Positions 43,592 through 54,686 of a stretch of DNA of 64,000 bases are shown here, one piece after another. This DNA comes from an uncultured Planctomycetaceae bacterium. Its GTDB lineage: Bacteria; Planctomycetota; Planctomycetia; Isosphaerales; Isosphaeraceae. The stretch's first letter is position 1; each line of letters starts with the position of its first letter. The stretch covers positions 1,344,001 to 1,408,000 of the forward strand of contig CAWIAD010000002.1 of assembly GCA_963833985.1 (NCBI GenBank), given 5' to 3'. The notes under the pieces are model-generated. The model saw only the letters and a program-made list of their open reading frames with translations. It was not told the origin of the DNA and made no database searches. Made by a program: the position numbers and the translations under genes.

Positions 43592-45479
43592 ATGGCCACC
43601 GACCTGCCGATGCCCGGCTCCTGCGTCTTCCTGCTCGCGGGCCTGCCGGGAATCTGGCTGGCCGGCCGGCTGCTGGCGCGGCGCATCCTCTCGGAACCGC
43701 TGAGCGTCTTGTTAGTGGGTCCGGGCCTGGGGCTGGCCGCCTGGCTTCTGGCGGTGCACTTCACAGCGCGCTGGACCGGGTCGTTCCTGGTCGGACTCTG
43801 GGCGGGGACGGCGAGTGTGGCGCTGGCCGGGTTGCTTGGCTGGGTCGAGCGCGTCCCGTGAGCGCTTCACTCATGAGCGGGCCGATGAGCCGGCAGGCCG
43901 ACGTTCCGTGGCTCCCGCACGCGCCATGATCGTCTCGGCCGTTCTGAGCACGCTGCTCATTGCGCCGATGACCCTGAACTGGGCATTCCACGACGAGCAG
44001 CTCTACACGGGCCACACGGGCGTCGTGTCCCAGCTTTTGAACGGCCACTATCCGCCCCGGCACATGACCTTCCCGGAGCTGGAGTACCGCTACCATTACG
44101 GCTTCGACGTCGCGGCCGCGGCCGTGTCCGCCGTCTTGCGGATTTCACCGGGCGCCGCGATCGACGTCGTCACGCTCGCGAGCTGGCCCTACACCTGGTG
44201 CTTGCTCTGGGTGCTGGGCGACACGCTGCTGGGGCGCGGCCGCGGCTGGCTCACGGCGCTGATCACGCTCTTCGGCGGCGGACTGCCTTACCTGCTGGCC
44301 CTGCACGATGGGTACTACGTCGCCCGGCTCGTCCTCATCTGCGAGGTCGGCGGCATGGACCTGAACCCTCCCATGATCTCGTACTTCTACCAGCATGCCT
44401 GGGGGCTGGGGTTGCCGCTCGCCCTCTGCGCCACGCTGCTCTTGCTGGAGCGCGACCGCGTGGGGCCTCTGCGCTATGCCTGCCTGGCGGTCCTGCTCTC
44501 CGCGCTCTCCTTCAGCCAGGTGGTGCTGTACGCGTCGCTGGCCGGTGCGCTCACGGTCGCGGAGGTCTTCTGCGACCGAACGTTGCGGGGACGCCGACTG
44601 GCCGGGACGGGCGCGGCGCTGGCGTTCGCCTTGCTGGCCGGCTGGGCCGCGGGCGGGTTCTTCCTGCCGCCTCCGGACCAGATGGGGATGGGCATCCACT
44701 TCCAGAGAGGCGTTGCCGCAACTCCGAGCGACACCCTGGTGTGGCACCTCCTGACCTACGGCTTGCTCTTGCCGCTGGGTATTTGCGGTTTCGCCTTCCT
44801 GTCCCGGGGCCGGCTGTTCCTGGCGCTGCTTGTGGCCGGCAGCCTGGGAGTCCTCAATTTCCTGACCTACGCCCATTCGTGGGACCTGGTCAAGTTCGGC
44901 ACGGTCGCCGCCTTGGCACTGGCGATCACCTCGAGTGCCACCGTCACGCGGGTGCTGGCGCTGCGGCCAGCGTTTCTGGGCCGCGCACTCGGCCTGATAC
45001 TCCTGGCGGGCCTCACGGCCGATGGCCTGGCATTTCCGCTGCTCTTCGCGATCGATGCGCCGGGGATCCCGCTGGCCATGTATCCGAAGGAAGCGTCGCG
45101 GCCGCCGTCGGGCGACGACCTTCAGGCGATCGGCTGGCTGCGAAGGCAGGTCCCGCCCGACGAGATCGTCTACCGCAAGCAGAGTGCCGCGCTGGCCTAC
45201 GACCACGTCGGTGGGCTGGCCGTTCCCTGGTTCGACGGCCTGACCGACACCTTCGGGTTCTCGCAGCAGCGCATGGACCGGCGCAGGCGGCTGCTCCTGG
45301 AGCCGCCCGGCGACCCTGAAACCTACGACGCGGAGCATCTTCGCTGGTTCGTGCTGGGGCCCGAGGACACTCCCGTGGCGCGGCACGTCGATCGCTGGAC
45401 GGAGCAGGGGCGGGCGCGCGTTGTGGCGCGGTTCGGGTCATTGCGCGTGGTCCGGCTGCTGCCGCGGCCTGGAGCCTGA
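43592..45479 (+). CDS. Multi-pass membrane protein, possibly a GT-C-fold glycosyltransferase (apparent frameshift at about 43845)
   Basis: More than 10 hydrophobic segments, a periplasmic FHDEQLYTGH...YPP...YHYGFD loop and a C-terminal soluble domain. Confidence 0.6.
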
Positions 45480-45502
45480 GCCAGGGCCTTGGCCTGCTCG
45501 GC

Positions 45503-46042
45503 TCATTCCACCTCGACGTCCTCGATCGGCACGTCCCAGTGGGCGTCAAGGATCTCGAACCGCCGCGCTTCCTCCGCGCGGAAGGTGGTCTGATCCGGAT
45601 ACAGCTCCTTCTTGATCGCCTCCTCCACGGCGGCCGGTGCGAAGGCGGCCTCGACGTTCTTGAAGACGATGGTCACCCGGTAATCCCAGCGGCCGTCCTC
45701 GGTGGCATGATAGCGCGGTTTGACCGCGGTAACGCGCAGCAGCCGGCCGGTCTGCACCTGCTTCTTGAGCACGGGATAGTGGTTCTTCTTGAAGAGCCGG
45801 ATGAACTCGTCGGCATGCCCCCACCTGGCCTTGTAGTAGTACTCCACGATGAACGGCTTCTCGGCGTGCTTCGCCTCGGCCTGGGCTTCGGCCCCGGGTT
45901 CAGCCTCGGTTTGCGAACTGGCGCGGACCATCGGTTGAGCTTTCTGGAGGAGAGGGACCGCCATCACCAGCAACATCACCAGCCAAAGCAGGTCGCGGAC
46001 TGACCGGATGACGGATCTGCCGTGTGTTGTTTTCATAGACAT
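45503..46042 (-). CDS. Conserved exported hypothetical protein
   Basis: Signal/TM segment then VEYYYKARWGHADEFIRLFKKNHYP...WDYRVTIVF...RRFEILDAHWDVP; codon usage is host-like. Confidence 0.7.
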   Translation of the reverse strand: MSMKTTHGRSVIRSVRDLLWLVMLLVMAVPLLQKAQPMVRASSQTEAEPGAEAQAEAKHAEKPFIVEYYYKARWGHADEFIRLFKKNHYPVLKKQVQTGRLLRVTAVKPRYHATEDGRWDYRVTIVFKNVEAAFAPAAVEEAIKKELYPDQTTFRAEEARRFEILDAHWDVPIEDVEVE

Positions 46043-46482
46043 GTCCCGTCGGGTGCGAACCTCGAGCGTCTCAATCCCAGTCATACTCTTCGCCCGGACG
46101 CCAGGCAAGTCGCGACCGCCCACCGGCTACGCCGAGCGGCAGAGGATGCAGAAAGAGCCAGTACCAAAGTCGGAGGAGCTTCTTCAGCCACAAGAGGAGC
46201 CAGGCACCAAGGTCGGGGCATCTGCGTCGATTGAACCGGCGTGGCAAGCTGCCCGTTGGTCCGGGCTTCGGAGCTTTCGTGCCTGTCTCTTTCTCGGGGC
46301 TTTCGTGCCTGGCGTTTTGTTGCTTTCCTGGCTCTTTCTTGAGTTCTCTTACGTCGATTGCTCCGGCCGCTTTGAGATGCAGCCACATAGTGAGTCGAGG
46401 CAGCTCTCGAATTTGCTGGTGCGAAGCCCGGTTCCGGTGTACAATCGCGTCGGTCAAATCATGATCGAGGAGTACCGCCGTC

Positions 46483-47172
46483 ATGCCTGCACCCGATGAG
46501 AGAAACGCCACGACCGTGGTGATCGAGATGAAGCCCGGCTGGATCTACGTGAAGGTGGCCGAGCCCAGGCCTGAACCGGAGCGGATTGAACGCCTGCTTG
46601 GCCTGACCATCGATCACTGGTTCCACGCCCATCCGCAGTTCATGATCGACAAGACTCAGGCCGTTACCCAGCACGGCAGGCTCGAAGGCATCAACGTCTG
46701 GTACCACGCCAGCGAACAAGAGCCGGAGCCAGGCGTCCCTCAGGATGCGCGGCAGCCCATCGCGCTGACCTTCGGAGTGGATCGCCAGGTCTTCGAGCTC
46801 TTGCCGAAGGAACACATCGAGGCCCTTGTCGATGAAGCGTTGCAGATCAGCCTCGCCCACAAGGAGTGGCACGGGACGTTGGTGGTGATCAGCCCGGGTC
46901 GAACGGCCGTGGTGCTGGACAAGCACGTCAACCAGGGAGTGGTGCTGCTGGTGGAATCGGTCTATCCCTCGCTCGAAACCAAGACGAGACAGTCCGTCGA
47001 AACCTGGCTTGAGGCCCCGCAAACGCGCCGCCATGTGGTCCTGATCGATGGTAGCTGGTTCATGGGACAAACGCCCCGGTCCACCCCGGGCACGATCGTC
47101 GACTGCGGTGAAAGGGCCACGAACTTCACTCTCGATCGTGAGCCTCCCACCGCGGATCCGGACGGCGATTGA
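46483..47172 (+). CDS. Hypothetical protein
   Basis: 229-aa ORF with a GAGGAG RBS and host-like codon usage; no family recognised. Confidence 0.6.
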   Translation: MPAPDERNATTVVIEMKPGWIYVKVAEPRPEPERIERLLGLTIDHWFHAHPQFMIDKTQAVTQHGRLEGINVWYHASEQEPEPGVPQDARQPIALTFGVDRQVFELLPKEHIEALVDEALQISLAHKEWHGTLVVISPGRTAVVLDKHVNQGVVLLVESVYPSLETKTRQSVETWLEAPQTRRHVVLIDGSWFMGQTPRSTPGTIVDCGERATNFTLDREPPTADPDGD

Positions 47173-47319
47173 CGGGAGCCGCTTGCTCGAGAGCCGCGGT
47201 CTGTGGCCCGGCCACCGCGCTCAGCAGGTTGATGCGATCCTGGATGACCGGGAGGCCGCTCCTTGTGGGCCACGATACCCAATCGTGTCAATTCCATCAC
47301 CTCGTGGGACACGATTCCA

Positions 47320-49313
47320 GTGCGCCGTGGAAAGGTGTTGGTCTTCAGTGGGTGTAACTCCCACCCGGCAACTGGGTCGCTCCAGCCGGTAGCTATCGGA
47401 GCGGCGGTGGAGGAGACGAAACCGTCGGAGCCTTCGAGACAGATGTGTCGCTTGGCGATGCAGCGAACCGACAGGCCGTAACGCGAGTGAACGTTGAGCA
47501 GGCCTCGAAAAGTCCAATGTGGTCGCCGACCTTGCTGGAATATGGGGAAGGCCGCCGTCGCTGGGGATGAAAGGGAAACGGTTGGAATAGGCCGCCCCAC
47601 GAGCGATCAGAACCCAGCGGGCCACCGGGGTATTGACGACGGCATGTCGGCACACGGAGATCAACACAACACGGGAAACCCCAAGCGGTGAGGGCGCGTG
47701 ACCCTCAACCGGACGCCCGCGAGGGACCGGCCGGGCTGCCTGGGGTGGCGGAGAGGCCCGTAGTACCGTCGACGCCGGGTAACTCCGGTCGAGGGAAGGG
47801 GCCTTGGTTCAAGGTCAACGCAACAAGCGGCAGACAGCCGGGAGATTGGCGTGAGTCTATCACCTCCACTGAAGGTCGGGAAGTTGCAGACGGCGTTGCA
47901 CACCAAAGCGAAGAACGCGCCCAACTATCGGTTCTACGTCCTGTACGACAAGATTTATCGACGTGACGTTCTGGGATTCGCCTACGAACGCTGCCGTGCC
48001 AACGGCGGCGCGCCGGGGATCGACGGCCAGAGTTTCGCCGACATCGAGGCGTCCGGGAAGGAACGATGGCTGGACGAACTGGCGGAACAACTTCGTAAGG
48101 AGACGTATCAACCCCAGGCGGTGCGGCGCGTGTACATCCCCAAAGGGGACGGCAAGCAAAGGCCGCTGGGCATTCCTTGCATCAAGGATCGTGTGGTGCA
48201 GATGGCTGCGGTGCTGGTCTTGGAGCCGATCTTCGAGGCCGACCTGGAGCCGGAACAACACGCCTACCGCCCGGAGCGCAGCGCCCTGGACGCCGTCCGC
48301 GAAGTCGAACGGCTGCTCAAGACGGGGCACACCGAGGTGGTGGACGCGGACTTATCTGGATATTTCGATAGCATACCCCATTCCGAGTTAATGAAATCGG
48401 CGTCACGGCGCATCAGCGACGGTCGCGTCCTGCGGCTGATCAAGATGTGGCTGGAAACACCGGTGGAAGAAACCGACGGGAAGGGGCAGCGCCATCGAAC
48501 GACCCGGAATAAGGACCAGGGGATGGGTACACCGCAAGGTGCACCGATCTCACCATTGTTGTCAAACATCTACATGCGACGATTTGTGAAGGGATGGAAG
48601 ACTGGTGGACACGAGCGGCGTCTGGTCGCGCGAATCGTCAACTATGCGGACGACTTCGTCATCTGCTGTCGCGGCACGGCCGAAGAGGCCATGACGGTGA
48701 TGCGGAAGATGATGTCCAGGCTGAAGTTAACGGTGAACGAGACCAAGACGCGGCTGTGCCACCTGCCTGAGGAGACGTTCGACTTTCTGGGTTATACCCT
48801 CGGCCGGAACTACGACCGACGAACGGGCCGATCCTACATAGGGTCACGCCCATCGCGGAAGAAGATCATTCGGCTGTGCAGCGAGATCAGTGCGATGACG
48901 ACGCGCCAGACCACTGGACAGGACGTCGAGATGCAGATTGGTCGGATCAATCGCAAGTTACGCGGTTGGTCCAACTATTTTCGCATCGGAACGGTGAGCC
49001 CAGCCTATCGCCAAGTCAACCACCACGTCCGCTACCGGGTACGTCAGTGGTTGTGTGCGAAGTTCAAGGTGCCGGGTCAGGGGCTCAGACGCTACCCTGA
49101 CAGATACCTGCACCAGGAGTTGCATCTTTACCAGCTGCAACGAACCTAGCCGCGATGGTTTCGTGAGCGAACGTGTGAACTCAACCAATGAGACAAGCCT
49201 TGTCCGAAAGCTGGATGCGGGAAAACCGCCCGTCCAGTTTGATGAGCGGGGTGTGGAAACGAGGCCCAGCCGAGCCATCGACTCGAGCCCACCGCGCCAC
49301 GCCTCGACCCTAC
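47320..49313 (+). mobile_element. Group II intron (1994 nt; RT/maturase without an endonuclease domain)
   Basis: 5' GTGCG at 47320; domain V AAGCTGGATGCGGGAAAACCGCCCGTCCAGTTT at about 49208-49240; 3' end ...CGACCCTAC at 49313. Removing it restores the palindrome GACACGATTCCA|ATCGTGTC. Confidence 0.95.
47851..49149 (+). CDS. ltrA: Group II intron reverse transcriptase/maturase
   Basis: GAPGIDG, RRVYIPK..RPLGIP..DRVVQ, DADLSGYFDSIPH, GTPQGAPISPLLSNIY, YADD, FDFLGY and an X domain LRGWSNYF; no HNH. Confidence 0.95.
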   Translation: MSLSPPLKVGKLQTALHTKAKNAPNYRFYVLYDKIYRRDVLGFAYERCRANGGAPGIDGQSFADIEASGKERWLDELAEQLRKETYQPQAVRRVYIPKGDGKQRPLGIPCIKDRVVQMAAVLVLEPIFEADLEPEQHAYRPERSALDAVREVERLLKTGHTEVVDADLSGYFDSIPHSELMKSASRRISDGRVLRLIKMWLETPVEETDGKGQRHRTTRNKDQGMGTPQGAPISPLLSNIYMRRFVKGWKTGGHERRLVARIVNYADDFVICCRGTAEEAMTVMRKMMSRLKLTVNETKTRLCHLPEETFDFLGYTLGRNYDRRTGRSYIGSRPSRKKIIRLCSEISAMTTRQTTGQDVEMQIGRINRKLRGWSNYFRIGTVSPAYRQVNHHVRYRVRQWLCAKFKVPGQGLRRYPDRYLHQELHLYQLQRT

Positions 49314-49492
49314 ATCGTGTCACTTCTTCTATCTGATGGACCAGGAATGGCACGATTGGAATCGTACCCCACAAGGAGAGCGGTCAGGCAGGGCCCTCAG
49401 CCCCCGGGCAAGCGAACTGCAATCCTGCCAAAAGACTTCTGCGGATCTGCTGATCGCTGGTGCCCGGCCCGGCTTGGCCGGGCCCTGCGCGT

Positions 49493-50325
49493 TCATGATT
49501 CGATCGGGATCCAGATCTCGATAGCTCTGAGTCCCGTTTGCGGGTTGAACTCGGCGCCATAGCGTTCGAACGACGGCACAGCGATGGGCTTATGGCCCGA
49601 GCCTGGAATCCACTGGTTCCAGATCGCCATCATCGTGGAACGAATGCCGGCCACGTGGCCGCGATGCAGGAACACGGCGTATCTTGCGGGGGGACTTGCA
49701 GCGTCGCCAGTGCTTTCGGAAGGTCGGGGCTGCCGGTGATCTCGACCCCCGTCATGTCGTCGAAGCAGCCCTCCGCGTCGAAATGGGAGCAGACCCCGTA
49801 GGCGACCTGCCCGGCCTGTCCGGGGATTCTCCCGAGATAGGGCGTGAACCTCTGCCATTGCTTCGGGATGCCCGCAACCGCATGGCAGTCGTATCGTTCT
49901 GACAGGCCCGCGAAGACGATCTGTGCGCGGGTGTCGAAGCGAGGGGCATCGAGCGGCCGGGTCGTCGCTGCCTCCATTGGAATAGCCTCTGCGAGGTTGA
50001 TGCTGTGGATGTGGCCCTGCAAGCGAACCTGTTCCGGAGTCAGTCCGAACTGTTCGCGAAACGCCCTGGTGAACTCCTCATGGGACCCATAACCGGAGCC
50101 GAGGGCGACGTCGATGATGCGATAGGTCCCCTGTGCCAGTCGACGCGCCGCCTCGCTCAGCCGCCGCCCCCGCACGTCGCGCATGAGCGAAAGTCCCGTG
50201 GACGCCGCGAAGGCGCGCGTGAGGTGGAACGGCGAGAAGTGACAGGCTCTGGCAATGGCCTCGAGCGAGGTCGATTCCTCCGAATGAATCTCGATGAACC
50301 AGAGCGCCTTCTGAACAAGATCCAT
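49493..50325 (-). CDS. AraC-family regulator with a GyrI-like effector domain (apparent frameshift at about 49690)
   Basis: MDLVQKALWFIE..SPFHLTRAF..RRLSEAA..GYGSHEEFTRAFREQFGLTP, with a C-terminal YAVFLHRG..FERYG..EIWIP. Confidence 0.9.
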
Positions 50326-50727
50326 GAGCGTTCCTCCTGATCTCACGGCATGATAGCCGGGACGGGAGGGAGACTGCTTGATCGTTCTTGCGGTCTCTGA
50401 GGCTGGCCGACACAGAAACTGAAGAAGCGGAAACAGGACAAGCAGAAAGAACAGAAACGAAACAGGCGAGGGAGCTGAAGACCTGACAGAGCCGAAAAGA
50501 GACACACCCGGCACGCCCTGTGCAGCGGGTCTGTGCGCCGCCGCGCAACAAGCTGCCAGGCATGAGAGTTGCATTCCGGAATCAACAACCTCCTGCATGC
50601 GACTCATCCAGGTCTCACGTGGCGAGAGCGCCGCCGGAATCACCGGCTGCGCAGGCGGGCGTCCCACGGCGAACGTTCACGCGGGCGCTTGCCCGGTCCG
50701 CCGCAGAGGTCCCGGGCATTTTCCCGC

Positions 50728-52860
50728 ATGTGCATATTACTGACGTTCATCCGCGAAAGCCGGCTGGCCCGGGCGGGGCGAAAGTCTCCCTGGCGACCGC
50801 TGTCGGCATTGCCTGATCGCAAATTGCCGAAACTCGAGAACCTGCGACGGGCCAGACGAAGAGGTATCGCGACGGTCGAGCCCACGTTCTGGGCTGCCGC
50901 GCACGACCTCGAAGGGCAAGGGAATCTGGATTTGCCCGGACTGGCCAAGCTGGTGGGGTTTCCTTGCATTCTCCGGTCCTGCTCGCCGACCGAGGACACC
51001 CTGCAAGGATCACAAGCGGGACGGTTTGTGAGCGTGATCGTGCACCGTCCCGAGGCGATGGCCGGCGCTCTGGCGCGCGTCATCTCGTCGTTACCGGCAG
51101 GGTCTGGCCAGCGGATGGGAGCCGTCGCGGTACAGCCTTTCCTGGCCGGCTCCAGGGCCGGGGTCACGTTCTTCGACGGTTTCTATTTCGAGGAAACGGC
51201 GGTCTCTGGCCAGAATACGGGCGTTACGTCGGGCCGGAGGCGCGGGCGGGTCTGTCGTGGCCACATCACGCGCGGAGAAGCGCAGAGCGACTGGCTGCTT
51301 CGTCTCCATCGGCTCATTGGCGGCCCGCTCGATGCGGAGTGGACGGAGGATGCCGGTGGACGGCGCATCCTGATTCAGGTCCGGCCGGCCCTGTTCCCGG
51401 TTCGCAGGTGCGAAACCCTGAGCCTAGCCAACAACAAGGAGACGCTGGGCGAGGTTCCCAGCCCGTGGATCGCCGGAGTGTACGCCGACGTGGGACATCC
51501 GGTGCACGAATTCGCCCGCCGCGCCGATCGGCGACTGCCGGACTGGAATGAACCCTACACGATTGAGCTGGCCGGCAGGGTCTGGGTGAACTTCTCTTCG
51601 CTCTTTCGCCTGATGGATCGCTGGGGCTTGCCGCGCAGCCTGGTCTGGCGGTCCCTGGGAGGCGCGCCATCCGGGCCCGTGGACGATCGCTTCTTGCCGG
51701 GGCCGTTCCTGCGATCGCTCCCTGCACTGGTGAAGATCGCCTGGAACTGCCTGGCAAGCGACCTGGTCATCGGCCGCGACTTGCATCGAGTCGACAAGGT
51801 GCTGGACGCGGCCCATTGCCTGGCCGATCTCTGGGACGTGAACGTGCGGGTCCACCAGCTTTCCATCCGGCACAACTTCGCCCTGATCGCGGTGTCCAGC
51901 GCCGCTTCGGGTCTGCGGCGCTGGCTTGGCATCGCATCACGGGCGAATCCCATCACGCAGGCCATGATGGCCGAGTACGCGGCGATCAGGGCCAGACCCC
52001 GGCCGGCCGATCGATTGCAGGGGATCGATGACTGGCTGCGGCACTACGGACATCGCGGACCGCTTGAGACCGATCCCTCCCAGCCGCGCTTCATCGAGCT
52101 GAGCGAAGAGCTGAAACAGGATGTGGCCCGAACCGAGACAGGACAGGAAAACGGGCCGGCTCACGGCTCACGCCCCAGCGCCGGGCCGGCGCTGCTCTCC
52201 CGGCTGCTCTGCCACTGGGAGCAGCGCCGCGAGTGGTTCCGGCATTCGCTCATGCGGCGCACCCAGCGGCTCAGACAGCGCATCCTCGAGGAGGCCAGAA
52301 GAGCGGTCGATGCGGGATGCCTTGATATTCCTGAAGATGTCTTTCTCCTCACTCGCAATGACCTGACCGCGAGTCCAGACTCCTGGAAGGCGCGCGTGGG
52401 CCAGTCACGCGCCCGGCTGGAGCAAGCGCGTCGTCTCAGTTTTCCCACATCGACGACGCGCGACCTGGTCGAGGAGTCCTGGAGGCGATCCGGATCGTCG
52501 GGGATCCGCGGGCAGGAAGGCCCCTTCGTGGGCATTGGCTTCGGCTCGACGCCGGTCACGGGCACGGTGGTGCGGGCCCGGACGATCCACGAAATCTTGC
52601 GGCGACAAGACTGGCCGCAAGCGCCGATCCTGGTCGCGGACGCACTGGGGCCGTCATGGGCGGTGGTCTTCCCCAGGTTCAACGCCGTCGTTTGCGAGCT
52701 GGGGGGCGAGCTGAGCCACGCCGCCATCTTGCTCCGCGAGGCGAAGCTCCCCTGCGTGATCAACGCCGCGGGTGCCTTTCGCAGCCTGGCGGAAGGCGAC
52801 ACGATCCGCGTCAACCCCGCCTCTGGCGAGGTCGTCCTGGTGGCCCACCGCGCAGGATGA
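50728..52860 (+). CDS. PEP-utilising enzyme family protein (PPDK/rifampin phosphotransferase-like architecture)
   Basis: ILRSCSPTED..AGRF, DAEW..ILIQVRP, YGHRGPLETD and a phospho-His swivel domain ELGGELSHAAILLRE. Confidence 0.8.
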   Translation: MCILLTFIRESRLARAGRKSPWRPLSALPDRKLPKLENLRRARRRGIATVEPTFWAAAHDLEGQGNLDLPGLAKLVGFPCILRSCSPTEDTLQGSQAGRFVSVIVHRPEAMAGALARVISSLPAGSGQRMGAVAVQPFLAGSRAGVTFFDGFYFEETAVSGQNTGVTSGRRRGRVCRGHITRGEAQSDWLLRLHRLIGGPLDAEWTEDAGGRRILIQVRPALFPVRRCETLSLANNKETLGEVPSPWIAGVYADVGHPVHEFARRADRRLPDWNEPYTIELAGRVWVNFSSLFRLMDRWGLPRSLVWRSLGGAPSGPVDDRFLPGPFLRSLPALVKIAWNCLASDLVIGRDLHRVDKVLDAAHCLADLWDVNVRVHQLSIRHNFALIAVSSAASGLRRWLGIASRANPITQAMMAEYAAIRARPRPADRLQGIDDWLRHYGHRGPLETDPSQPRFIELSEELKQDVARTETGQENGPAHGSRPSAGPALLSRLLCHWEQRREWFRHSLMRRTQRLRQRILEEARRAVDAGCLDIPEDVFLLTRNDLTASPDSWKARVGQSRARLEQARRLSFPTSTTRDLVEESWRRSGSSGIRGQEGPFVGIGFGSTPVTGTVVRARTIHEILRRQDWPQAPILVADALGPSWAVVFPRFNAVVCELGGELSHAAILLREAKLPCVINAAGAFRSLAEGDTIRVNPASGEVVLVAHRAG

Positions 52861-53093
52861 CCCGGTCCGAGACAGCGCCCGATCGCGAACCGAACCGACC
52901 CGACCCTTGCCACAGCCGCTCCGGTTCGGAGCGAGCGGAGAAGCAGCATGCGGCCAGGTGCAAGGGGGCGGCAAGGCCGGGATGCACACGGATTGACACC
53001 CGCGATGCAAGGCCGGCGGGTCCCGGGACCTCGATGCCAGGGCACGGCGATGCCGCGACGGACACGCTCCGGTTCCGGGCCCTCGCTGCCGGG

Positions 53094-53882
53094 TCAGTCC
53101 GGCAGGAAATGCCGTGCAAAGGCGGGAACGTCGCGGTAGAGGACGTGAAAGCTCTCGTTGAACGACCGGAACCTGAGGCCAAAGGGACGCACCAGCTTTG
53201 CCAGGCTGGCGCGGGAGTAGAGCGAGACGTGCCCGTTGCGGGGGGCGGCGTACCACCAGTTCAGCCCCTGGCGGTCGATGTCGGCCGGCTGGAGCAGCGT
53301 GGAGAAGAGGATGAGCCCGTTCTCCGTGAGCGACTCGTTCATCTCCGCGATCGACCGTGCGGGGTCGATGGAATGCTCCAGCACTTCGAAGCAGAGCACG
53401 CAGTCGAAGCGGCCGGCGGGCCGGGCGTCATGGCTGGCCACGAACGGGTCGTAGGTCTCGACGTGGGGAAAACCCGCGTCCCGCAGCAGCCCGGCCAGCG
53501 TGCCATGGCCGCCGCCGTGATCGAGGATGCGCGCCGGCCGCTCGGTGGGGAATAGCCCTCGCAGCACCTGGGCATTGGACCGTGGCCGCGCCTCGGGATA
53601 ATCCGGGTCCACCAGCACGTAATCCTGGTTATAGATGTGTTGCTGAAAGTCCTCGATCGAGAAACCATCGAACGCCGTGGTGAAGAGGAACTGGCAAAGC
53701 GAGCAGCGGTGATAGTAGACCGGCACGCCGGAGAGGCCCAGCACGCTGCGGCGGTAGATCTCACAGTTCTTGTGGAAGTCGACAACCCCGTAGAGAAACG
53801 CCTGGGCGCCGCAGCACTTGCAGACCGTTTCCTGAGGGCAAATGGCGCGCATCCGTGCGTTCATCACACCGCTCCTCTCCAT
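53094..53882 (-). CDS. Class I SAM-dependent methyltransferase with an N-terminal Zn-binding motif
   Basis: CKCCG..YHRCSLCQFLF, ILDHGGGHG, YDPF, FDCVLCFEVLEH and PRNGHVSLY motifs. Confidence 0.88.
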   Translation of the reverse strand: MERSGVMNARMRAICPQETVCKCCGAQAFLYGVVDFHKNCEIYRRSVLGLSGVPVYYHRCSLCQFLFTTAFDGFSIEDFQQHIYNQDYVLVDPDYPEARPRSNAQVLRGLFPTERPARILDHGGGHGTLAGLLRDAGFPHVETYDPFVASHDARPAGRFDCVLCFEVLEHSIDPARSIAEMNESLTENGLILFSTLLQPADIDRQGLNWWYAAPRNGHVSLYSRASLAKLVRPFGLRFRSFNESFHVLYRDVPAFARHFLPD

Positions 53883-53906
53883 GACATTATGCAGATGAGA
53901 GTCCGC

Positions 53907-54686
53907 TCACCGCGCTCTTTCGATCACCGTCCGCCAACGCCGGGGGACAGCCTCCCAGGCCGACTGATAGGTCGCTTCGAGAGCCACGGGCACATGCCCG
54001 CCGGCCCTCAGGAAGAGAGGCATCTCCGGCAGCTCGTCACCGACGGCCACCATCTCGACGAACGCGCGCACGCCCATCTCGGCCTCGTAAGCGGCGAGGG
54101 TGAGCGGCTTTCCCGCGGGTGCCTGGTAGTGTTCATCGCAGAGGGCTTCCCAGATGGCGCCATGGATCCCGTTGGGGTCTCTCGAGGATGGTGGAATCAG
54201 ATCGAGGATAAGCAGGTGGATATCCTGATTCAACAGCTCCACCGCCTTGTCGACGAACTTCTGAAGGACCGCCCGGCTCGACTTGTTGCCCGGCGAGACG
54301 ATCTCGACGATGGCAATCAGCCGATCCCCGCTCACGTGGCGGATCGCGACGACGTTCTGCTTTCGGCGGTAGAACTCCATGTCTGTCTCGCCGACCAGGC
54401 GGGCTCGCGGCCTGGCGGCGACCACGCCGCCTGCGCTGGAGGAGGATCCATTGCCGCCGAGGGCAGGATCATATTGTTCCTCGACGACCGAGCCGGGACC
54501 GCTCGCCGGTCGCGATTGAAGTGTCAAGACTTCGGGGCCGAACTGTGATGCATGTTGCTCGGCCAGGGCGTAATGGTCTGGAGGAAGCACTCCACCGTTG
54601 AGTAGCCGTTTGATCTGTTCAATCCAGGCGTGATGGAAGTCGTGAAAGATTCCGGCTTCGACCTTCGACCAGTCGTGAATGGGCAT
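53907..54686 (-). CDS. DUF4058 family protein
   Basis: MPIHDWSKVEAGIFHDFHHAWI, IAIVEIVSPGNK, HLLILDL and LPEMPLFL motifs. Confidence 0.85.
   Translation of the reverse strand: MPIHDWSKVEAGIFHDFHHAWIEQIKRLLNGGVLPPDHYALAEQHASQFGPEVLTLQSRPASGPGSVVEEQYDPALGGNGSSSSAGGVVAARPRARLVGETDMEFYRRKQNVVAIRHVSGDRLIAIVEIVSPGNKSSRAVLQKFVDKAVELLNQDIHLLILDLIPPSSRDPNGIHGAIWEALCDEHYQAPAGKPLTLAAYEAEMGVRAFVEMVAVGDELPEMPLFLRAGGHVPVALEATYQSAWEAVPRRWRTVIERAR

Larger units (their letters stand above)
47221..49450 (+). repeat. REP-containing repeat element, copy 2, interrupted by a group II intron
   Basis: 47221-47319 and 49314-49450 are colinear with the reverse complement of 31580-31955. Confidence 0.85.

Noticed and set aside
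47851..49149. RT as a retron, DGR or defence-associated RT
   Set aside because: It lies within complete group II intron boundaries with domains V/VI and has a maturase X domain.
50405..50500. Purine-rich ACAGAAA-like low-complexity tract as an ncRNA
   Set aside because: I could not support any stable structure, exact periodicity or second copy.
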